From Escherichia coli (GTDB taxonomy: Bacteria; Pseudomonadota; Gammaproteobacteria; Enterobacterales; Enterobacteriaceae), in NCBI RefSeq assembly GCF_041248615.1, contig NZ_CP158426.1: a stretch of 64,000 nt of DNA; one strand, 5' to 3'. The first letter of the stretch is position 1, and every line of letters begins with the position of its first letter. Made by a program: the position numbers and the translations under genes. Shown in pieces: positions 9,618-20,654 of this stretch. A model generated the notes under the pieces. The model had not been told where the DNA came from. It was given only the letters and a program-made list of their open reading frames with translations, and searched no databases.

Positions 9618-11651
9618 TTATTTCACCTGATGACCCGGTTTAGCACCGGCATCCGGGCTTAGCAGGAAAATATCTTTCCCGCCAGGACCGGCAGCCATCA
9701 CCATGCCTTCAGAGATACCGAAGCGCATTTTACGTGGTGCCAGGTTAGCCACCATAATGGTGTGACGACCAATCAGTGCCTGCGGATCCGGGTAGGCAGA
9801 ACGAATGCCGGAGAAGACATTGCGTTTTTCACCGCCGAGATCCAGCGTCAGGCGCAGCAGTTTGTCAGAACCTTCAACAAACTCTGCGTTTTCGATCAAC
9901 GCCACGCGCAGGTCAACTTTGGCGAAGTCGTCAAAGGTGATGGTTTCCTGAATCGGATCATCTGCCAGTGGGCCAGTTACTGGCGCGGCAGTGGCTTTCA
10001 CTTCTTCTTTAGAGGCTTCCACCAGTGCTTCAACCTGCTTCATGTCGATGCGGTTATACAGCGCTTTGAACGGATTCACTTTATGGCCCAACAGCGGTTG
10101 TTGGATACCATCCCAGGTCAGTTCCGTATTAAGGAATGCTTCTGCACGCTCGGTCAGTTTCGGCAGTACCGGCTTCAGGTAAGTCATCAGCACGCGGAAC
10201 AGGTTTATGCCCATCGAGCAAATTGCCTGCAGGTCGGCATCGCGGCCTTCCTGTTTTGCGACTACCCACGGAGCCTGTTCATCGACATAACGGTTAGCAA
10301 GATCAGCCAGCGCCATGATTTCGCGGATCGCTTTACCAAATTCGCGGCTTTCCCACGCTTCACCAATCACTTCAGCGGCATCAGTGAAGGTTTTGTACAG
10401 TTGCGGGTCAGCCAGTTCGCTTGCCAGCACACCGTCAAAACGCTTGTTGATAAAGCCCGCGTTACGGGAGGCCAGGTTAACCACTTTATTCACGATATCG
10501 GCATTCACACGCTGAACGAAATCTTCCAGGTTGAGATCGATATCATCAATGCGCGAAGAGAGTTTCGCAGTGTAGTAGTAACGCAGGCTGTCGGCGTCAA
10601 AATGATTCAGCCAGGTGCTGGCCTTAATAAAGGTACCGCGAGACTTAGACATCTTCGCGCCGTTCACCGTCACATAGCCATGAACAAACAGGTTAGTCGG
10701 CTTGCGGAAGTTGCTGCCTTCCAGCATTGCTGGCCAGAACAGGCTGTGGAAGTAAACAATATCTTTGCCGATGAAGTGATACAGCTCGGCGGTGGAATCT
10801 TTCTTCCAGTATTCATCGAAGCTGGTGGTGTCGCCGCGTTTGTCGCACAGATTCTTGAAGGAACCCATGTAGCCAATCGGCGCATCCAGCCAGACGTAGA
10901 AATATTTGCCCGGTGCGTTCGGAATTTCAAAACCGAAGTATGGCGCATCGCGGGAGATATCCCACTGTTGCAGGCCAGATTCAAACCACTCCTGCATTTT
11001 GTTTGCCACTTGCTCCTGCAACGCGCCGCTGCGGGTCCATGCCTGCAACATTTCGCTGAAAGAGGGCAGATCAAAGAAGAAGTGTTCAGAATCACGCATT
11101 ACCGGCGTAGCACCAGAAACCACCGATTTAGGCTCGATCAGCTCAGTCGGGCTGTAGGTCGCGCCACAAACTTCACAGTTATCGCCGTATTGATCCGGGG
11201 ATTTACATTTCGGGCAGGTGCCTTTTACAAAACGGTCCGGCAGGAACATGCCTTTTTCCGGATCGTACAGCTGAGAGATAGTGCGGTTTTTAATAAAACC
11301 GTTCTCTTTCAGGCGAGAATAAATAAGTTCTGAGAACTGGCGGTTCTCTTCGCTGTGCGTCGAGTGATAGTTGTCATAGCTGATGTTAAAGCCTGCGAAA
11401 TCAGTCTGATGCTCCTGACTCATTTCGCCAATCATCTGCTCCGGGGTGATACCAAGCTGCTGAGCTTTCAGCATGATCGGTGTGCCGTGGGCATCGTCGG
11501 CGCAAATGAAGTTGACCTCGTGGCCGCGCATTCGCTGGTAACGGACCCAGACATCAGCCTGGATGTGCTCCAGCATATGGCCGAGGTGGATTGAGCCGTT
11601 AGCGTACGGCAGTGCGCACGTCACCAGAATTTTCTTCGCGACTTGAGTCAT
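9618..11651 (-). CDS. metG: Methionyl-tRNA synthetase
   Basis: Translation [25 protein letters not shown] (HIGH motif) and KMSKS motif (GAKMSKSRG); ORF track starts 9 nt upstream (MPTMTQ...), start at MTQ chosen to give 677 aa. Confidence 0.95.
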   Translation of the reverse strand: MTQVAKKILVTCALPYANGSIHLGHMLEHIQADVWVRYQRMRGHEVNFICADDAHGTPIMLKAQQLGITPEQMIGEMSQEHQTDFAGFNISYDNYHSTHSEENRQFSELIYSRLKENGFIKNRTISQLYDPEKGMFLPDRFVKGTCPKCKSPDQYGDNCEVCGATYSPTELIEPKSVVSGATPVMRDSEHFFFDLPSFSEMLQAWTRSGALQEQVANKMQEWFESGLQQWDISRDAPYFGFEIPNAPGKYFYVWLDAPIGYMGSFKNLCDKRGDTTSFDEYWKKDSTAELYHFIGKDIVYFHSLFWPAMLEGSNFRKPTNLFVHGYVTVNGAKMSKSRGTFIKASTWLNHFDADSLRYYYTAKLSSRIDDIDLNLEDFVQRVNADIVNKVVNLASRNAGFINKRFDGVLASELADPQLYKTFTDAAEVIGEAWESREFGKAIREIMALADLANRYVDEQAPWVVAKQEGRDADLQAICSMGINLFRVLMTYLKPVLPKLTERAEAFLNTELTWDGIQQPLLGHKVNPFKALYNRIDMKQVEALVEASKEEVKATAAPVTGPLADDPIQETITFDDFAKVDLRVALIENAEFVEGSDKLLRLTLDLGGEKRNVFSGIRSAYPDPQALIGRHTIMVANLAPRKMRFGISEGMVMAAGPGGKDIFLLSPDAGAKPGHQVK

Positions 11652-11782
11652 AGTAGGCATTACTTCTTAATAGTGAAAAGGGGTTAGATAGTACCAAATG
11701 GGAAAATGTTAAGTAAGTACTTCTCTATATTCTTCAGGTAAACTATCAGCTGATGGTTTATCTATACAAAAAAGGAGTCGGG

Positions 11783-12892
11783 ATGAACGAACAATCCCAG
11801 GCCAAATCACCAGAAGCCTTGCGCGCAATGGTCGCCGGGACACTGGCCAATTTTCAGCACCCAACCCTGAAGCATAACCTCACCACGCTGAAAGCGTTGC
11901 ACCATGTCGCCTGGATGGACGACACGTTGCATGTGGAACTGGTTATGCCATTCGTCTGGCATAGCGCGTTCGAAGAGTTAAAAGAGCAATGTAGCGCCGA
12001 ACTGCTGCGCATCACCGGGGCGAAAGCTATCGACTGGAAACTGTCGCACAATATCGCCACCTTAAAACGCGTGAAGAATCAGCCGGGAATTAACGGCGTG
12101 AAGAACATCATTGCGGTCAGCTCCGGTAAAGGCGGCGTGGGTAAATCTTCCACGGCGGTAAACCTGGCGTTGGCACTCGCGGCGGAAGGGGCGAAAGTCG
12201 GCATTCTGGACGCCGATATCTACGGCCCATCAATCCCCACCATGCTGGGCGCAGAAAATCAGCGTCCAACTTCGCCGGACGGTACCCATATGGCACCGAT
12301 TATGTCTCATGGACTGGCAACCAATTCAATTGGTTATCTGGTCACTGACGACAATGCGATGGTGTGGCGTGGTCCGATGGCGAGCAAGGCGTTAATGCAG
12401 ATGTTGCAGGAAACCTTGTGGCCGGATCTCGACTATCTGGTGCTTGATATGCCGCCAGGCACCGGTGACATTCAATTGACACTGGCACAAAACATTCCAG
12501 TAACTGGCGCGGTAGTGGTCACCACCCCGCAGGACATTGCGTTGATCGATGCGAAAAAAGGCATTGTGATGTTCGAGAAAGTCGAGGTTCCGGTGCTCGG
12601 TATTGTCGAGAACATGAGTGTGCATATTTGCAGTAACTGTGGTCACCATGAACCGATTTTCGGTACCGGTGGTGCTGAGAAACTGGCTGAAAAATACCAC
12701 ACACAGCTGCTGGGGCAGATGCCGTTACACATCTCCTTACGTGAGGATCTCGATAAAGGCACGCCAACGGTTATCAGCCGTCCGGAGAGCGAATTTACCG
12801 CTATCTACCGCCAGCTGGCTGACCGCGTTGCAGCTCAGCTCTACTGGCAGGGTGAAGTCATTCCAGGCGAGATTTCCTTCCGCGCGGTCTAA
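11783..12892 (+). CDS. apbC: Fe-S cluster carrier ATPase ApbC/Mrp
   Basis: Walker A GKGGVGKSS; start chosen at MNEQSQAK preceded by GGAG Shine-Dalgarno (ORF track begins 30 nt upstream); divergent from metG as in E. coli. Confidence 0.9.
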   Translation: MNEQSQAKSPEALRAMVAGTLANFQHPTLKHNLTTLKALHHVAWMDDTLHVELVMPFVWHSAFEELKEQCSAELLRITGAKAIDWKLSHNIATLKRVKNQPGINGVKNIIAVSSGKGGVGKSSTAVNLALALAAEGAKVGILDADIYGPSIPTMLGAENQRPTSPDGTHMAPIMSHGLATNSIGYLVTDDNAMVWRGPMASKALMQMLQETLWPDLDYLVLDMPPGTGDIQLTLAQNIPVTGAVVVTTPQDIALIDAKKGIVMFEKVEVPVLGIVENMSVHICSNCGHHEPIFGTGGAEKLAEKYHTQLLGQMPLHISLREDLDKGTPTVISRPESEFTAIYRQLADRVAAQLYWQGEVIPGEISFRAV

Positions 12893-12922
12893 CGCCTATT
12901 AACCATTCTGGTTATTCTTCAT

Positions 12923-12965
12923 ACACCGCAGAGATGTTACATTGATGCGGTGTATTTGTTTTTGC
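12923..12965 (+). terminator. Candidate rho-independent terminator after apbC
   Basis: ACACCGCA...TGCGGTGT stem followed by ATTTGTTTTTG. Confidence 0.5.
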
Positions 12966-13154
12966 CGCATTAATGAACACTTATTTAATACTGCGAATAT
13001 TCTGCGGACCTTCGTCCGAAACTCTACAAAGTCGATTGATCGTACAGGCAATGCTTCATTATCATCCTTCGTGGCTGTGTAGTGGATGTACAGCTATAGT
13101 TTGTTATGCACTCATTCTATCCAGGCATAACCTTTACTACAGGGATAACGTTCA

Positions 13155-13436
13155 ATGAATAAGTATTGGCTGTCAGGAATTATTTTTCTTGCCTATGGAT
13201 TGGCTTCTCCCGCATTCTCTTCAGAGACTGCCACATTAGCGATTAATGGCAGGATCAGTCCCCCAACATGCAGTATGGCTATGGTTAATGGTCAACCTCA
13301 ACAGCATTGTGGTCAGTTAACGTATGATGTTGATACCCGTCATCAGGTTTCTTCGCCAGTCAAAGGTGTAACGACAGAAGTGGTTGTTGCAGGTAGCGAT
13401 AGCAAACGTCGAATCGTGTTAAATCGCTACGATTAA
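13155..13436 (+). CDS. yehE: Small secreted protein YehE
   Basis: 93-aa ORF with signal-peptide-like N-terminus, immediately upstream of the yehDCBA fimbrial cluster. Confidence 0.75.
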   Translation: MNKYWLSGIIFLAYGLASPAFSSETATLAINGRISPPTCSMAMVNGQPQQHCGQLTYDVDTRHQVSSPVKGVTTEVVVAGSDSKRRIVLNRYD

Positions 13437-13730
13437 TTTGCCACCCTGGTTTTTTAATCGAATTTAGAAAGCTGAAATCATCCGTGTGAATGATTTCAGC
13501 TTTTTTATTGATATCAATAATACCATTTACAAAAATCTGCATTAATTAATAGATGTGATAAATATTTAATATGCTTAAGTATTTGTTGTATTTATATTGC
13601 AATAGTTAATTTGTTTTAAATCAATAAAACAATATGTTTACATTGCTGCAACTTTTTTGATGTGAGAAATTTGTTTCCAAGAGATACAGACTCTTAACAA
13701 CCAAAAATAAATTTTATTAAGGAACATATT

Positions 13731-14273
13731 ATGAAACGTTCAATTATTGCTGCCGCTGTCTTTTCTTCTTTTTTTATGAGCGCTGGGGTATTTGCCGCAG
13801 ACGTTGATACCGGAACATTAACCATTAAAGGGAATATTGCAGAATCTCCGTGTAAATTCGAAGCGGGTGGCGATTCAGTAAGTATTAATATGCCAACTGT
13901 ACCAACCACTGTCTTTGAAGGTAAAGCTAAATACTCGACCTATGATGATGCAGTCGGTGTAACCAGCAGCATGTTAAAAATTAGCTGTCCGAAAGAAGTT
14001 GCTGGTGTAAAACTCTCGTTGATTACCAACGATAAAATAACCGGAAACGATAAGGCGATAGCCAGTAGCAACGATACCGTGGGGTACTATCTCTATTTAG
14101 GTGATAACAGCGATGTCCTGGATGTTTCTGCACCTTTTAACATTGAGAGTTATAAGACAGCGGAAGGTCAATATGCTATTCCGTTTAAAGCAAAATACCT
14201 GAAGCTGACAGATAATTCAGTGCAATCAGGTGATGTGTTATCTTCTCTGGTTATGCGTGTGGCGCAGGATTAA
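13731..14273 (+). CDS. yehD: Chaperone-usher fimbrial major subunit
   Basis: 180-aa ORF with signal peptide (MKRSIIAAAVFSSFFMSAGVFA) and fimbrial-subunit-like composition; first gene of yehDCBA. Confidence 0.85.
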   Translation: MKRSIIAAAVFSSFFMSAGVFAADVDTGTLTIKGNIAESPCKFEAGGDSVSINMPTVPTTVFEGKAKYSTYDDAVGVTSSMLKISCPKEVAGVKLSLITNDKITGNDKAIASSNDTVGYYLYLGDNSDVLDVSAPFNIESYKTAEGQYAIPFKAKYLKLTDNSVQSGDVLSSLVMRVAQD

Positions 14274-14353
14274 TAAATAAAATTTCAAGTTTCTCCAGGT
14301 AATAAACATGGCCGCTATCCCCATGGCGGCCTTTTAATTTAAGAGGCATTAAG

Positions 14354-15028
14354 ATGAAAGGATTATTTGCTTTACTCATTTCTTCTATGGTCCTTCCTGC
14401 ACATGCCGGTATTGTTATCTACGGGACGCGCATTATTTACCCGGCAGAAAATAAAGAAGTGATGGTGCAGTTGATGAATCAGGGAAACCGTTCTTCGCTG
14501 CTGCAGGCGTGGATTGATGATGGCGATACGTCGTTACCACCAGAAAAAATTCAGGTTCCTTTCATGTTAACGCCACCAGTGGCAAAAATAGGGGCAAATT
14601 CCGGGCAGCAAGTAAAAATCAAAATTATGCCGAATAAACTGCCCACTAATAAAGAGAGCATTTTTTATCTGAATGTTCTGGATATTCCACCAAATAGTCC
14701 AGAGCAAGAGGGCAAGAATGCACTGAAATTTGCAATGCAAAACAGAATCAAATTGTTTTACCGGCCTGCGGGTATTGCACCGGTAAATAAAGCGACATTT
14801 AAAAAGTTACTGGTAAATCGCAGTGGCAATGGATTGGTGATAAAAAATGACTCAGCAAATTGGGTGACGATTTCGGATGTCAAAGCTAATAATGTCAAAG
14901 TCAATTATGAAACTATTATGATTGCCCCCTTAGAAAGTCAGAGTATTAATGTCAAAAGTAATAATGCGAATAACTGGCATCTGACCATTATCGATGACCA
15001 TGGCAACTATATTAGTGACAAAATTTAA
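14354..15028 (+). CDS. yehC: Periplasmic fimbrial chaperone (PapD-like)
   Basis: Signal peptide plus 224-aa ORF positioned between subunit and usher genes. Confidence 0.85.
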   Translation: MKGLFALLISSMVLPAHAGIVIYGTRIIYPAENKEVMVQLMNQGNRSSLLQAWIDDGDTSLPPEKIQVPFMLTPPVAKIGANSGQQVKIKIMPNKLPTNKESIFYLNVLDIPPNSPEQEGKNALKFAMQNRIKLFYRPAGIAPVNKATFKKLLVNRSGNGLVIKNDSANWVTISDVKANNVKVNYETIMIAPLESQSINVKSNNANNWHLTIIDDHGNYISDKI

Positions 15029-15043
15029 TTGCAGGAGCTGCCT

Positions 15044-17524
15044 ATGTTGAGAATGACCCCACTTGCATCAGCAATCGTAGCGTTATTGCTCGGCATTGAA
15101 GCTTATGCAGCTGAAGAAACCTTTGATACCCATTTTATGATAGGTGGAATGAAAGACCAGCAGGTTGCAAATATTCGTCTTGATGATAATCAACCCTTGC
15201 CGGGGCAGTATGACATCGATATTTATGTCAATAAGCAATGGCGCGGGAAATATGAGATTATTGTTAAAGAAAACCCGCAAGAAACATGTTTATCAAGGGA
15301 AATTATCAAGCGGTTAGGCATTAATACCGATAACTTTTCCAGCGGTAAGCAATGTTTAACATTTAAGCAACTTATTCAGGGCGGGAGCTATACCTGGGAT
15401 ATCGGAGTTTTTCGTCTCGATTTCAGTGTCCCGCAAGCCTGGGTGGAAGAACTGGAAAGTGGCTATGTACCACCTGAAAACTGGGAGCGGGGTATTAATG
15501 CGTTTTATACCTCTTATTATATGAGTCAGTATTACAGCGATTATAAAGCGTCCGGTAATAGCAAGAGTACATATGTACGTTTTAACAGCGGGTTAAACTT
15601 ACTGGGGTGGCAACTGCATTCTGATGCCAGTTTCAGTAAAACAAATAACAATCCAGGGGTGTGGAAAAGCAATACCCTGTATCTGGAACGTGGATTTGCC
15701 CAACTTCTCGGCACGCTTCGCGTGGGTGATATGTACACATCAAGCGATATTTTTGATTCTGTTCGCTTCAGCGGTGTGCGGTTGTTTCGTGATATGCAGA
15801 TGTTGCCTAACTCGAAACAGAATTTTACTCCACGGGTGCAGGGGATTGCTCAGAGTAACGCGCTGGTAACTATTGAACAGAACGGCTTTGTGGTTTATCA
15901 GAAAGAGGTTCCTCCTGGCCCGTTTGCGATTACAGATTTGCAGTTGGCCGGTGGTGGAGCAGATCTTGATGTCAGCGTGAAAGAGGCGGACGGTTCGGTA
16001 ACCACCTATCTGGTGCCTTATGCAGCGGTGCCGAATATGCTGCAACCTGGCGTGTCGAAATATGATTTTGCGGCGGGTCGTAGCCATATTGAAGGGGCGA
16101 GCAAACAAAGTGATTTTGTCCAGGCGGGTTATCAGTATGGTTTTAATAACTTATTGACGCTGTATGGCGGATCGATGGTCGCGAATAATTATTACGCGTT
16201 CACTTTGGGGACTAGCTGGAATACACGCATTGGTGCCATTTCCGTCGATGCCACGAAGTCGCATAGTAAACAAGACAACGGCGATGTGTTTGACGGGCAA
16301 AGTTATCAAATTGCCTACAACAAATTTGTGAGCCAAACGTCGACGCGTTTTGGTCTGGCGGCCTGGCGTTATTCGTCGCGTGATTACCGGACATTTAACG
16401 ATCACGTTTGGGCAAACAATAAAGATAATTATCGCCGTGATGAAAACGATATCTATGACATTGCCGATTATTACCAGAACGATTTTGGCCGTAAAAATAG
16501 CTTTTCTGCCAATATGAGCCAGTCATTGCCAGAAGGCTGGGGTTCTGTGTCCTTAAGTACGTTATGGCGAGATTACTGGGGGCGTAGCGGCAGCAGTAAG
16601 GATTATCAGTTGAGTTATTCCAACAACCTGCGACGGATAAGCTATACCCTCGCGGCAAGCCAGGCTTATGACGAGAATCATCATGAAGAGAAACGTTTTA
16701 ATATTTTTATATCGATTCCCTTTGATTGGGGTGATGACGTTACGACGCCTCGTCGGCAAATATATATGTCTAACTCAACGACGTTTGATGATCAGGGTTT
16801 TGCCTCAAATAATACGGGATTATCGGGAACCGTTGGAAACCGGGATCAATTTAACTATGGGGTCAACCTGAGTCATCAGCATCAGGGAAATGAAACAACA
16901 GCTGGAGCGAATTTAACCTGGAACGCGCCGGTGGCAACGGTGAATGGCAGTTATAGTCAGTCGAGTACTTATCGACAGGCTGGAGCCAGTGTTTCAGGGG
17001 GCATTGTCGCCTGGTCGGGTGGCGTTAATCTGGCGAACCGTCTTTCCGAAACGTTTGCAGTGATGAATGCGCCAGGAATTAAAGATGCTTATGTCAATGG
17101 GCAAAAATATCGCACAACAAACCGTAATGGAGTGGTGGTATACGACGGAATGACACCTTATCGGGAAAATCACCTGATGCTGGATGTGTCGCAAAGCGAT
17201 AGCGAAGCAGAATTGCGCGGTAACCGGAAAATTGCCGCACCTTATCGCGGCGCGGTTGTACTGGTTAATTTTGATACCGATCAGCGCAAGCCCTGGTTTA
17301 TAAAAGCGTTAAGAACGGATGGGCAACCATTAACGTTTGGTTATGAAGTCAATGATATCCATGGTCATAATATTGGCGTTGTCGGCCAGGGAAGCCAGTT
17401 ATTTATTCGCACCAATGAAGTTCCGCCATCGGTTAATGTAGCAATTGATAAGCAACAAGGACTTTCATGCACAATCACCTTCGGTAAAGAGATTGATGAA
17501 AGTAGAAATTATATTTGCCAGTAA
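15044..17524 (+). CDS. yehB: Outer-membrane fimbrial usher
   Basis: About 826-aa ORF; start taken at MLRMTPL preceded by GCAGGAG SD (ORF track starts 15 nt earlier). Confidence 0.85.
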   Translation: MLRMTPLASAIVALLLGIEAYAAEETFDTHFMIGGMKDQQVANIRLDDNQPLPGQYDIDIYVNKQWRGKYEIIVKENPQETCLSREIIKRLGINTDNFSSGKQCLTFKQLIQGGSYTWDIGVFRLDFSVPQAWVEELESGYVPPENWERGINAFYTSYYMSQYYSDYKASGNSKSTYVRFNSGLNLLGWQLHSDASFSKTNNNPGVWKSNTLYLERGFAQLLGTLRVGDMYTSSDIFDSVRFSGVRLFRDMQMLPNSKQNFTPRVQGIAQSNALVTIEQNGFVVYQKEVPPGPFAITDLQLAGGGADLDVSVKEADGSVTTYLVPYAAVPNMLQPGVSKYDFAAGRSHIEGASKQSDFVQAGYQYGFNNLLTLYGGSMVANNYYAFTLGTSWNTRIGAISVDATKSHSKQDNGDVFDGQSYQIAYNKFVSQTSTRFGLAAWRYSSRDYRTFNDHVWANNKDNYRRDENDIYDIADYYQNDFGRKNSFSANMSQSLPEGWGSVSLSTLWRDYWGRSGSSKDYQLSYSNNLRRISYTLAASQAYDENHHEEKRFNIFISIPFDWGDDVTTPRRQIYMSNSTTFDDQGFASNNTGLSGTVGNRDQFNYGVNLSHQHQGNETTAGANLTWNAPVATVNGSYSQSSTYRQAGASVSGGIVAWSGGVNLANRLSETFAVMNAPGIKDAYVNGQKYRTTNRNGVVVYDGMTPYRENHLMLDVSQSDSEAELRGNRKIAAPYRGAVVLVNFDTDQRKPWFIKALRTDGQPLTFGYEVNDIHGHNIGVVGQGSQLFIRTNEVPPSVNVAIDKQQGLSCTITFGKEIDESRNYICQ

Positions 17525-17539
17525 TAGTCAGGTGGTTCT

Positions 17540-18574
17540 ATGAAAATTCGCATAATGCTATTTATATTAATGATGATGGTTATGCCAGTGAGCTATGCAG
17601 CATGTTATAGTGAGTTATCTGTTCAGCACAATTTGGTTGTTCAGGGGGATTTTGCACTTATTCAAACACAAATAGCGACATATGAGCATAATTTTAATGA
17701 TTCGTCATGCGTGAGTACAAATACTATCACCCCTATGAGCCCGTCGGATATTATTGTTGGACTTTATAACGATACCATTAAATTAAATTTACATTTTGAA
17801 TGGACCAATAAAAACAACATCACGTTGTCAAATAATCAGACCAGTTTCACCAGTGGTTATTCGGTAACGGTGACACCTGCGGCCAGTAATGCAAAAGTGA
17901 ATGTTTCTGCGGGGGGCGGCGGTTCAGTAATGATTAATGGTGTTGCAACATTATCCAGTGCTTCATCATCGACACGCGGGAGTGCTGCAGTACAATTTTT
18001 ACTGTGTTTATTCGGTGGCAAGTCATGGGATGCATGTGTAAATAGCTACAGAAATGCATTGGCACAAAATGCAGGTGTCTATTCCTTTAATCTGACATTG
18101 TCATACAACCCGATAACCACAACCTGCAAACCGGACGATTTATTAATTACTTTAGAGAGTATTCCCGTTTCACAATTACCAGCCAAAGGTAACAAAGCAA
18201 CAATAAATAGTAACAAAGGGGATATTGTTCTGCGTTGTAAAAACTTATTAGGTCAACAAAATCAAACATCACGGAAAATGCAGGTGTATTTATCAAGTTC
18301 TGACTTGTGGGGCAGTAGTAACACGATCCTGAAAGGTGCGGAAGATAATGGCGTAGGATTTATTCTTGAAAGTAATGGTTCGCCAGTCACACTTTTAAAT
18401 ATCACTAACAGCAGTAAAGGATATACAAATTTAAAGGAAGTTGCTGCGAAGTCAAAACTTACAGATACAACGGTTTCAATTCCGATAACTGCCAGTTACT
18501 ACGTCTACGATACAAACAAAGTTAAATCTGGCGCACTGGAGGCAACCGCATTAATCAACGTGAAATACGACTAA
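17540..18574 (+). CDS. yehA: Fimbrial adhesin-like subunit
   Basis: 344-aa ORF with signal peptide, last gene of the yeh chaperone-usher operon. Confidence 0.8.
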   Translation: MKIRIMLFILMMMVMPVSYAACYSELSVQHNLVVQGDFALIQTQIATYEHNFNDSSCVSTNTITPMSPSDIIVGLYNDTIKLNLHFEWTNKNNITLSNNQTSFTSGYSVTVTPAASNAKVNVSAGGGGSVMINGVATLSSASSSTRGSAAVQFLLCLFGGKSWDACVNSYRNALAQNAGVYSFNLTLSYNPITTTCKPDDLLITLESIPVSQLPAKGNKATINSNKGDIVLRCKNLLGQQNQTSRKMQVYLSSSDLWGSSNTILKGAEDNGVGFILESNGSPVTLLNITNSSKGYTNLKEVAAKSKLTDTTVSIPITASYYVYDTNKVKSGALEATALINVKYD

Positions 18575-18629
18575 TAACAAGCAAGACGAGCAAGTGGCTA
18601 ATAATAAAAATAATAAGGTGTCTGCATTT

Positions 18630-18656
18630 CCCCCTCTCTTCGAGGGGGCTTTTTTT
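18630..18656 (+). terminator. Rho-independent terminator after yehA
   Basis: CCCCCTC-TCTTC-GAGGGGG hairpin followed by CTTTTTTT. Confidence 0.7.
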
Positions 18657-18994
18657 CAGCGATGATAAAAAATCTCACCGTCGTAGGCTTTAATGATTTT
18701 ACCGTCGGTGTCGTTGATCAACACGTACGCGCCACCCATATAGGTCCAGTGTGTCCCGGCATCAGGCGCGGGCAGGTTACGTAACTGCCACTGCTTAATG
18801 TTGTACTCATCGGTGCGGTACATCTCTGGGACGGTATCGCCTGGTTTGAAATGCTTAAAGTCAGCAATGAAACTGCTTAACTCATACTTAGAAATTCCCG
18901 AGGTATTGGTCGAACCCGCGGTGGCTGGTGCGGCCCAGGCGGCACTGGTAACCAGCAAAAGCACACCCAGCAACATCTTATTTTTAATGGTCAT
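18656..18994 (-). CDS. rcnB: Periplasmic nickel/cobalt homeostasis protein RcnB (YohN)
   Basis: Start taken at MTIKNKMLLGVLLLVTSAAWA (signal peptide), giving 112 aa; ORF track extends upstream to 19174. Adjacent to rcnA. Confidence 0.85.
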   Translation of the reverse strand: MTIKNKMLLGVLLLVTSAAWAAPATAGSTNTSGISKYELSSFIADFKHFKPGDTVPEMYRTDEYNIKQWQLRNLPAPDAGTHWTYMGGAYVLINDTDGKIIKAYDGEIFYHR

Positions 18995-19212
18995 AAACTC
19001 TCCACTTTGGGGATCTGTAATATCAGTCGCATATCTTTCCTGCCATACAATATAACTGACAAGCGATATTTTGTTAGTGATCCCATGATTTCGTAAAAAG
19101 TGTAAATGAAAGGATGCCCTAAAAGCATCCTTAGCGAGCAGAGAGTCAGCGGAAATAGCTGATTTAAGAATCATCCTGGGCTGAAGATAACATGCAAGCC
19201 TAAAGGATTGAG

Positions 19213-20037
19213 TTATCGCATTATGCCCATGAAGCCATGTACGCCCATATACACACCAACTAAGCCAATCAACAGACTGGAAAAATAGGGGGCGCGTTTA
19301 GCGAGAGTGTTAAATCCGCTCCAGCGTTTTGCGACCTGCTGAACGCTGATTGCTGCGCCAACGCCTACGGTGACCAGCGTTAACGCCAGGCCAATGCTGA
19401 AACTGACGACCAGTGTTGCGCCCAGTGTCAGGGCTTTCAACTGAATGCAAATCAACAGCACGGTAATTGCTGCCGGGCAGGGGATAAGGCCACCGGTTAA
19501 GCCAAATAACAAAATTTGCCAGTTGGTGACCTCTCTACCATCAAAGCGTCGTTTAATGTCATTGGCATGGGCTCGTGCATGGGCATCCTGATACTCGCCA
19601 TGTTCGTGATGGTGATGATGTCCATGGTCGTGGTGATCTTCGTGATCGTGGTGATGATGCTCATGATCATGCTCGTGCATATTCTCCAGCCAGTTTCGTT
19701 CGCCGCGCCAGGTACGCCAGAACATCCAGAACGCGGTGCCAATAATGATCACTGCGGAAATCAACTGGAGCCACGGTTCTGCTGATTGAGCAGTAAAGCG
19801 CTTGCTGATCACCATCCCGCCAAAGGCAATCAACCAGACCACTGCGGTATGCGAAATGGTTGCTGCCAGTCCGAGCATCACCGCCTGTTTAATGGTGCCT
19901 TTGATGGCGATGATAAACGCCGCCATCATCGTTTTTGAGTGCCCTGGTTCCAGGCCATGAAGCGCACCAAGTAAGATGGCGCTGGGGATGAAGAACCAGG
20001 CGTTTCCTTGCTGAAGAAGAGTTGTAAATTCGGTCAT
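19213..20037 (-). CDS. rcnA: Ni/Co efflux membrane protein RcnA
   Basis: Polytopic membrane ORF with the long His/Asp/Glu-rich loop (HEHDHEHHHHDHEDHHDHGHHHHHEHGE). Confidence 0.95.
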   Translation of the reverse strand: MTEFTTLLQQGNAWFFIPSAILLGALHGLEPGHSKTMMAAFIIAIKGTIKQAVMLGLAATISHTAVVWLIAFGGMVISKRFTAQSAEPWLQLISAVIIIGTAFWMFWRTWRGERNWLENMHEHDHEHHHHDHEDHHDHGHHHHHEHGEYQDAHARAHANDIKRRFDGREVTNWQILLFGLTGGLIPCPAAITVLLICIQLKALTLGATLVVSFSIGLALTLVTVGVGAAISVQQVAKRWSGFNTLAKRAPYFSSLLIGLVGVYMGVHGFMGIMR

Positions 20038-20074
20038 GATAATAATTCTTAGTATTAATTCGGCAATCTGATTC

Positions 20075-20109
20075 TACTCCCCCCCAGTACCTGATACTAC
20101 CCCCCAGTA
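20075..20109. promoter_or_regulatory. Two RcnR operator sites (TACT-G/C-run-AGTA) in the rcnA-rcnR divergent region
   Basis: tactcccccccagta (20075-20089) and tactaccccccagta (20095-20109) seen in sequence; match the described RcnR operator architecture. Confidence 0.75.
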
Positions 20110-20157
20110 GATTAATAGTGCTATGATTTTTCATATTCTTATTAACCAGGTGTTGCC

Positions 20158-20430
20158 ATGTCTCATACCATCCGTGATAAACAGAAACTGAAAGCGCGTG
20201 CCAGTAAGATTCAGGGCCAGGTCGTGGCGCTCAAGAAAATGCTCGACGAGCCGCACGAATGCGCTGCAGTTTTACAACAGATTGCTGCTATCCGTGGCGC
20301 GGTAAACGGTCTGATGCGGGAAGTGATTAAAGGTCATCTGACGGAACACATCGTTCACCAGGGGGATGAGCTAAAACGTGAAGAAGATCTGGATGTCGTT
20401 CTGAAGGTGCTGGATTCTTATATCAAATAA
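20158..20430 (+). CDS. rcnR: Ni/Co-responsive repressor RcnR (CsoR/RcnR family)
   Basis: 90-aa [71 protein letters not shown]. Confidence 0.95.
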
Positions 20431-20519
20431 TTTATTAACGCTATTGTAAAACTGCCGTTTTTCCTCGTTTACAACGCGTGCGCTGGACATTACCATCCTC
20501 CTCTGCGATTTATCATCGC

Positions 20520-20599
20520 AACCAAACGACTCGGGGTGCCCTTCTGCGTGAAGGCTGAGAAATACCCGTATCACCTGATCTGGATAATGCCAGCGTAGG
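20520..20599 (+). repeat. Left 80-bp direct repeat (attL-like); copy of the thiM TPP-riboswitch aptamer sequence
   Basis: aaccaaacgactcggggtgcccttctgcgtgaaggctgagaaatacccgtatcacctgatctggataatgccagcgtagg is identical base for base to 33185-33264. Confidence 0.9.
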
Positions 20600-20654
20600 T
20601 TGCCAACATTCTGATTAGTATTCATGTGGTTACATTTCTTTTTGTCCGTGTGTA

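Noticed and set aside
9762-11333. 523-aa ORF on the plus strand overlapping metG
   Set aside because: Lies entirely antisense to the clearly recognisable methionyl-tRNA synthetase gene and has low-complexity, Arg/Phe-rich composition; judged a shadow ORF. The same applies to the many 60-200-aa antisense ORFs inside mdtB, mdtC, mdtD, baeS, yehI and molR.
19560-19700. Low-complexity His/Asp/Glu-rich coding repeat (CAT/GAT/CAC codon runs)
   Set aside because: This is the known metal-binding histidine-rich loop of RcnA, not a mobile or tandem-repeat element; the overlapping ORFs on other frames (19497..19742, 19516..19785) are artefacts of the repetitive codons.
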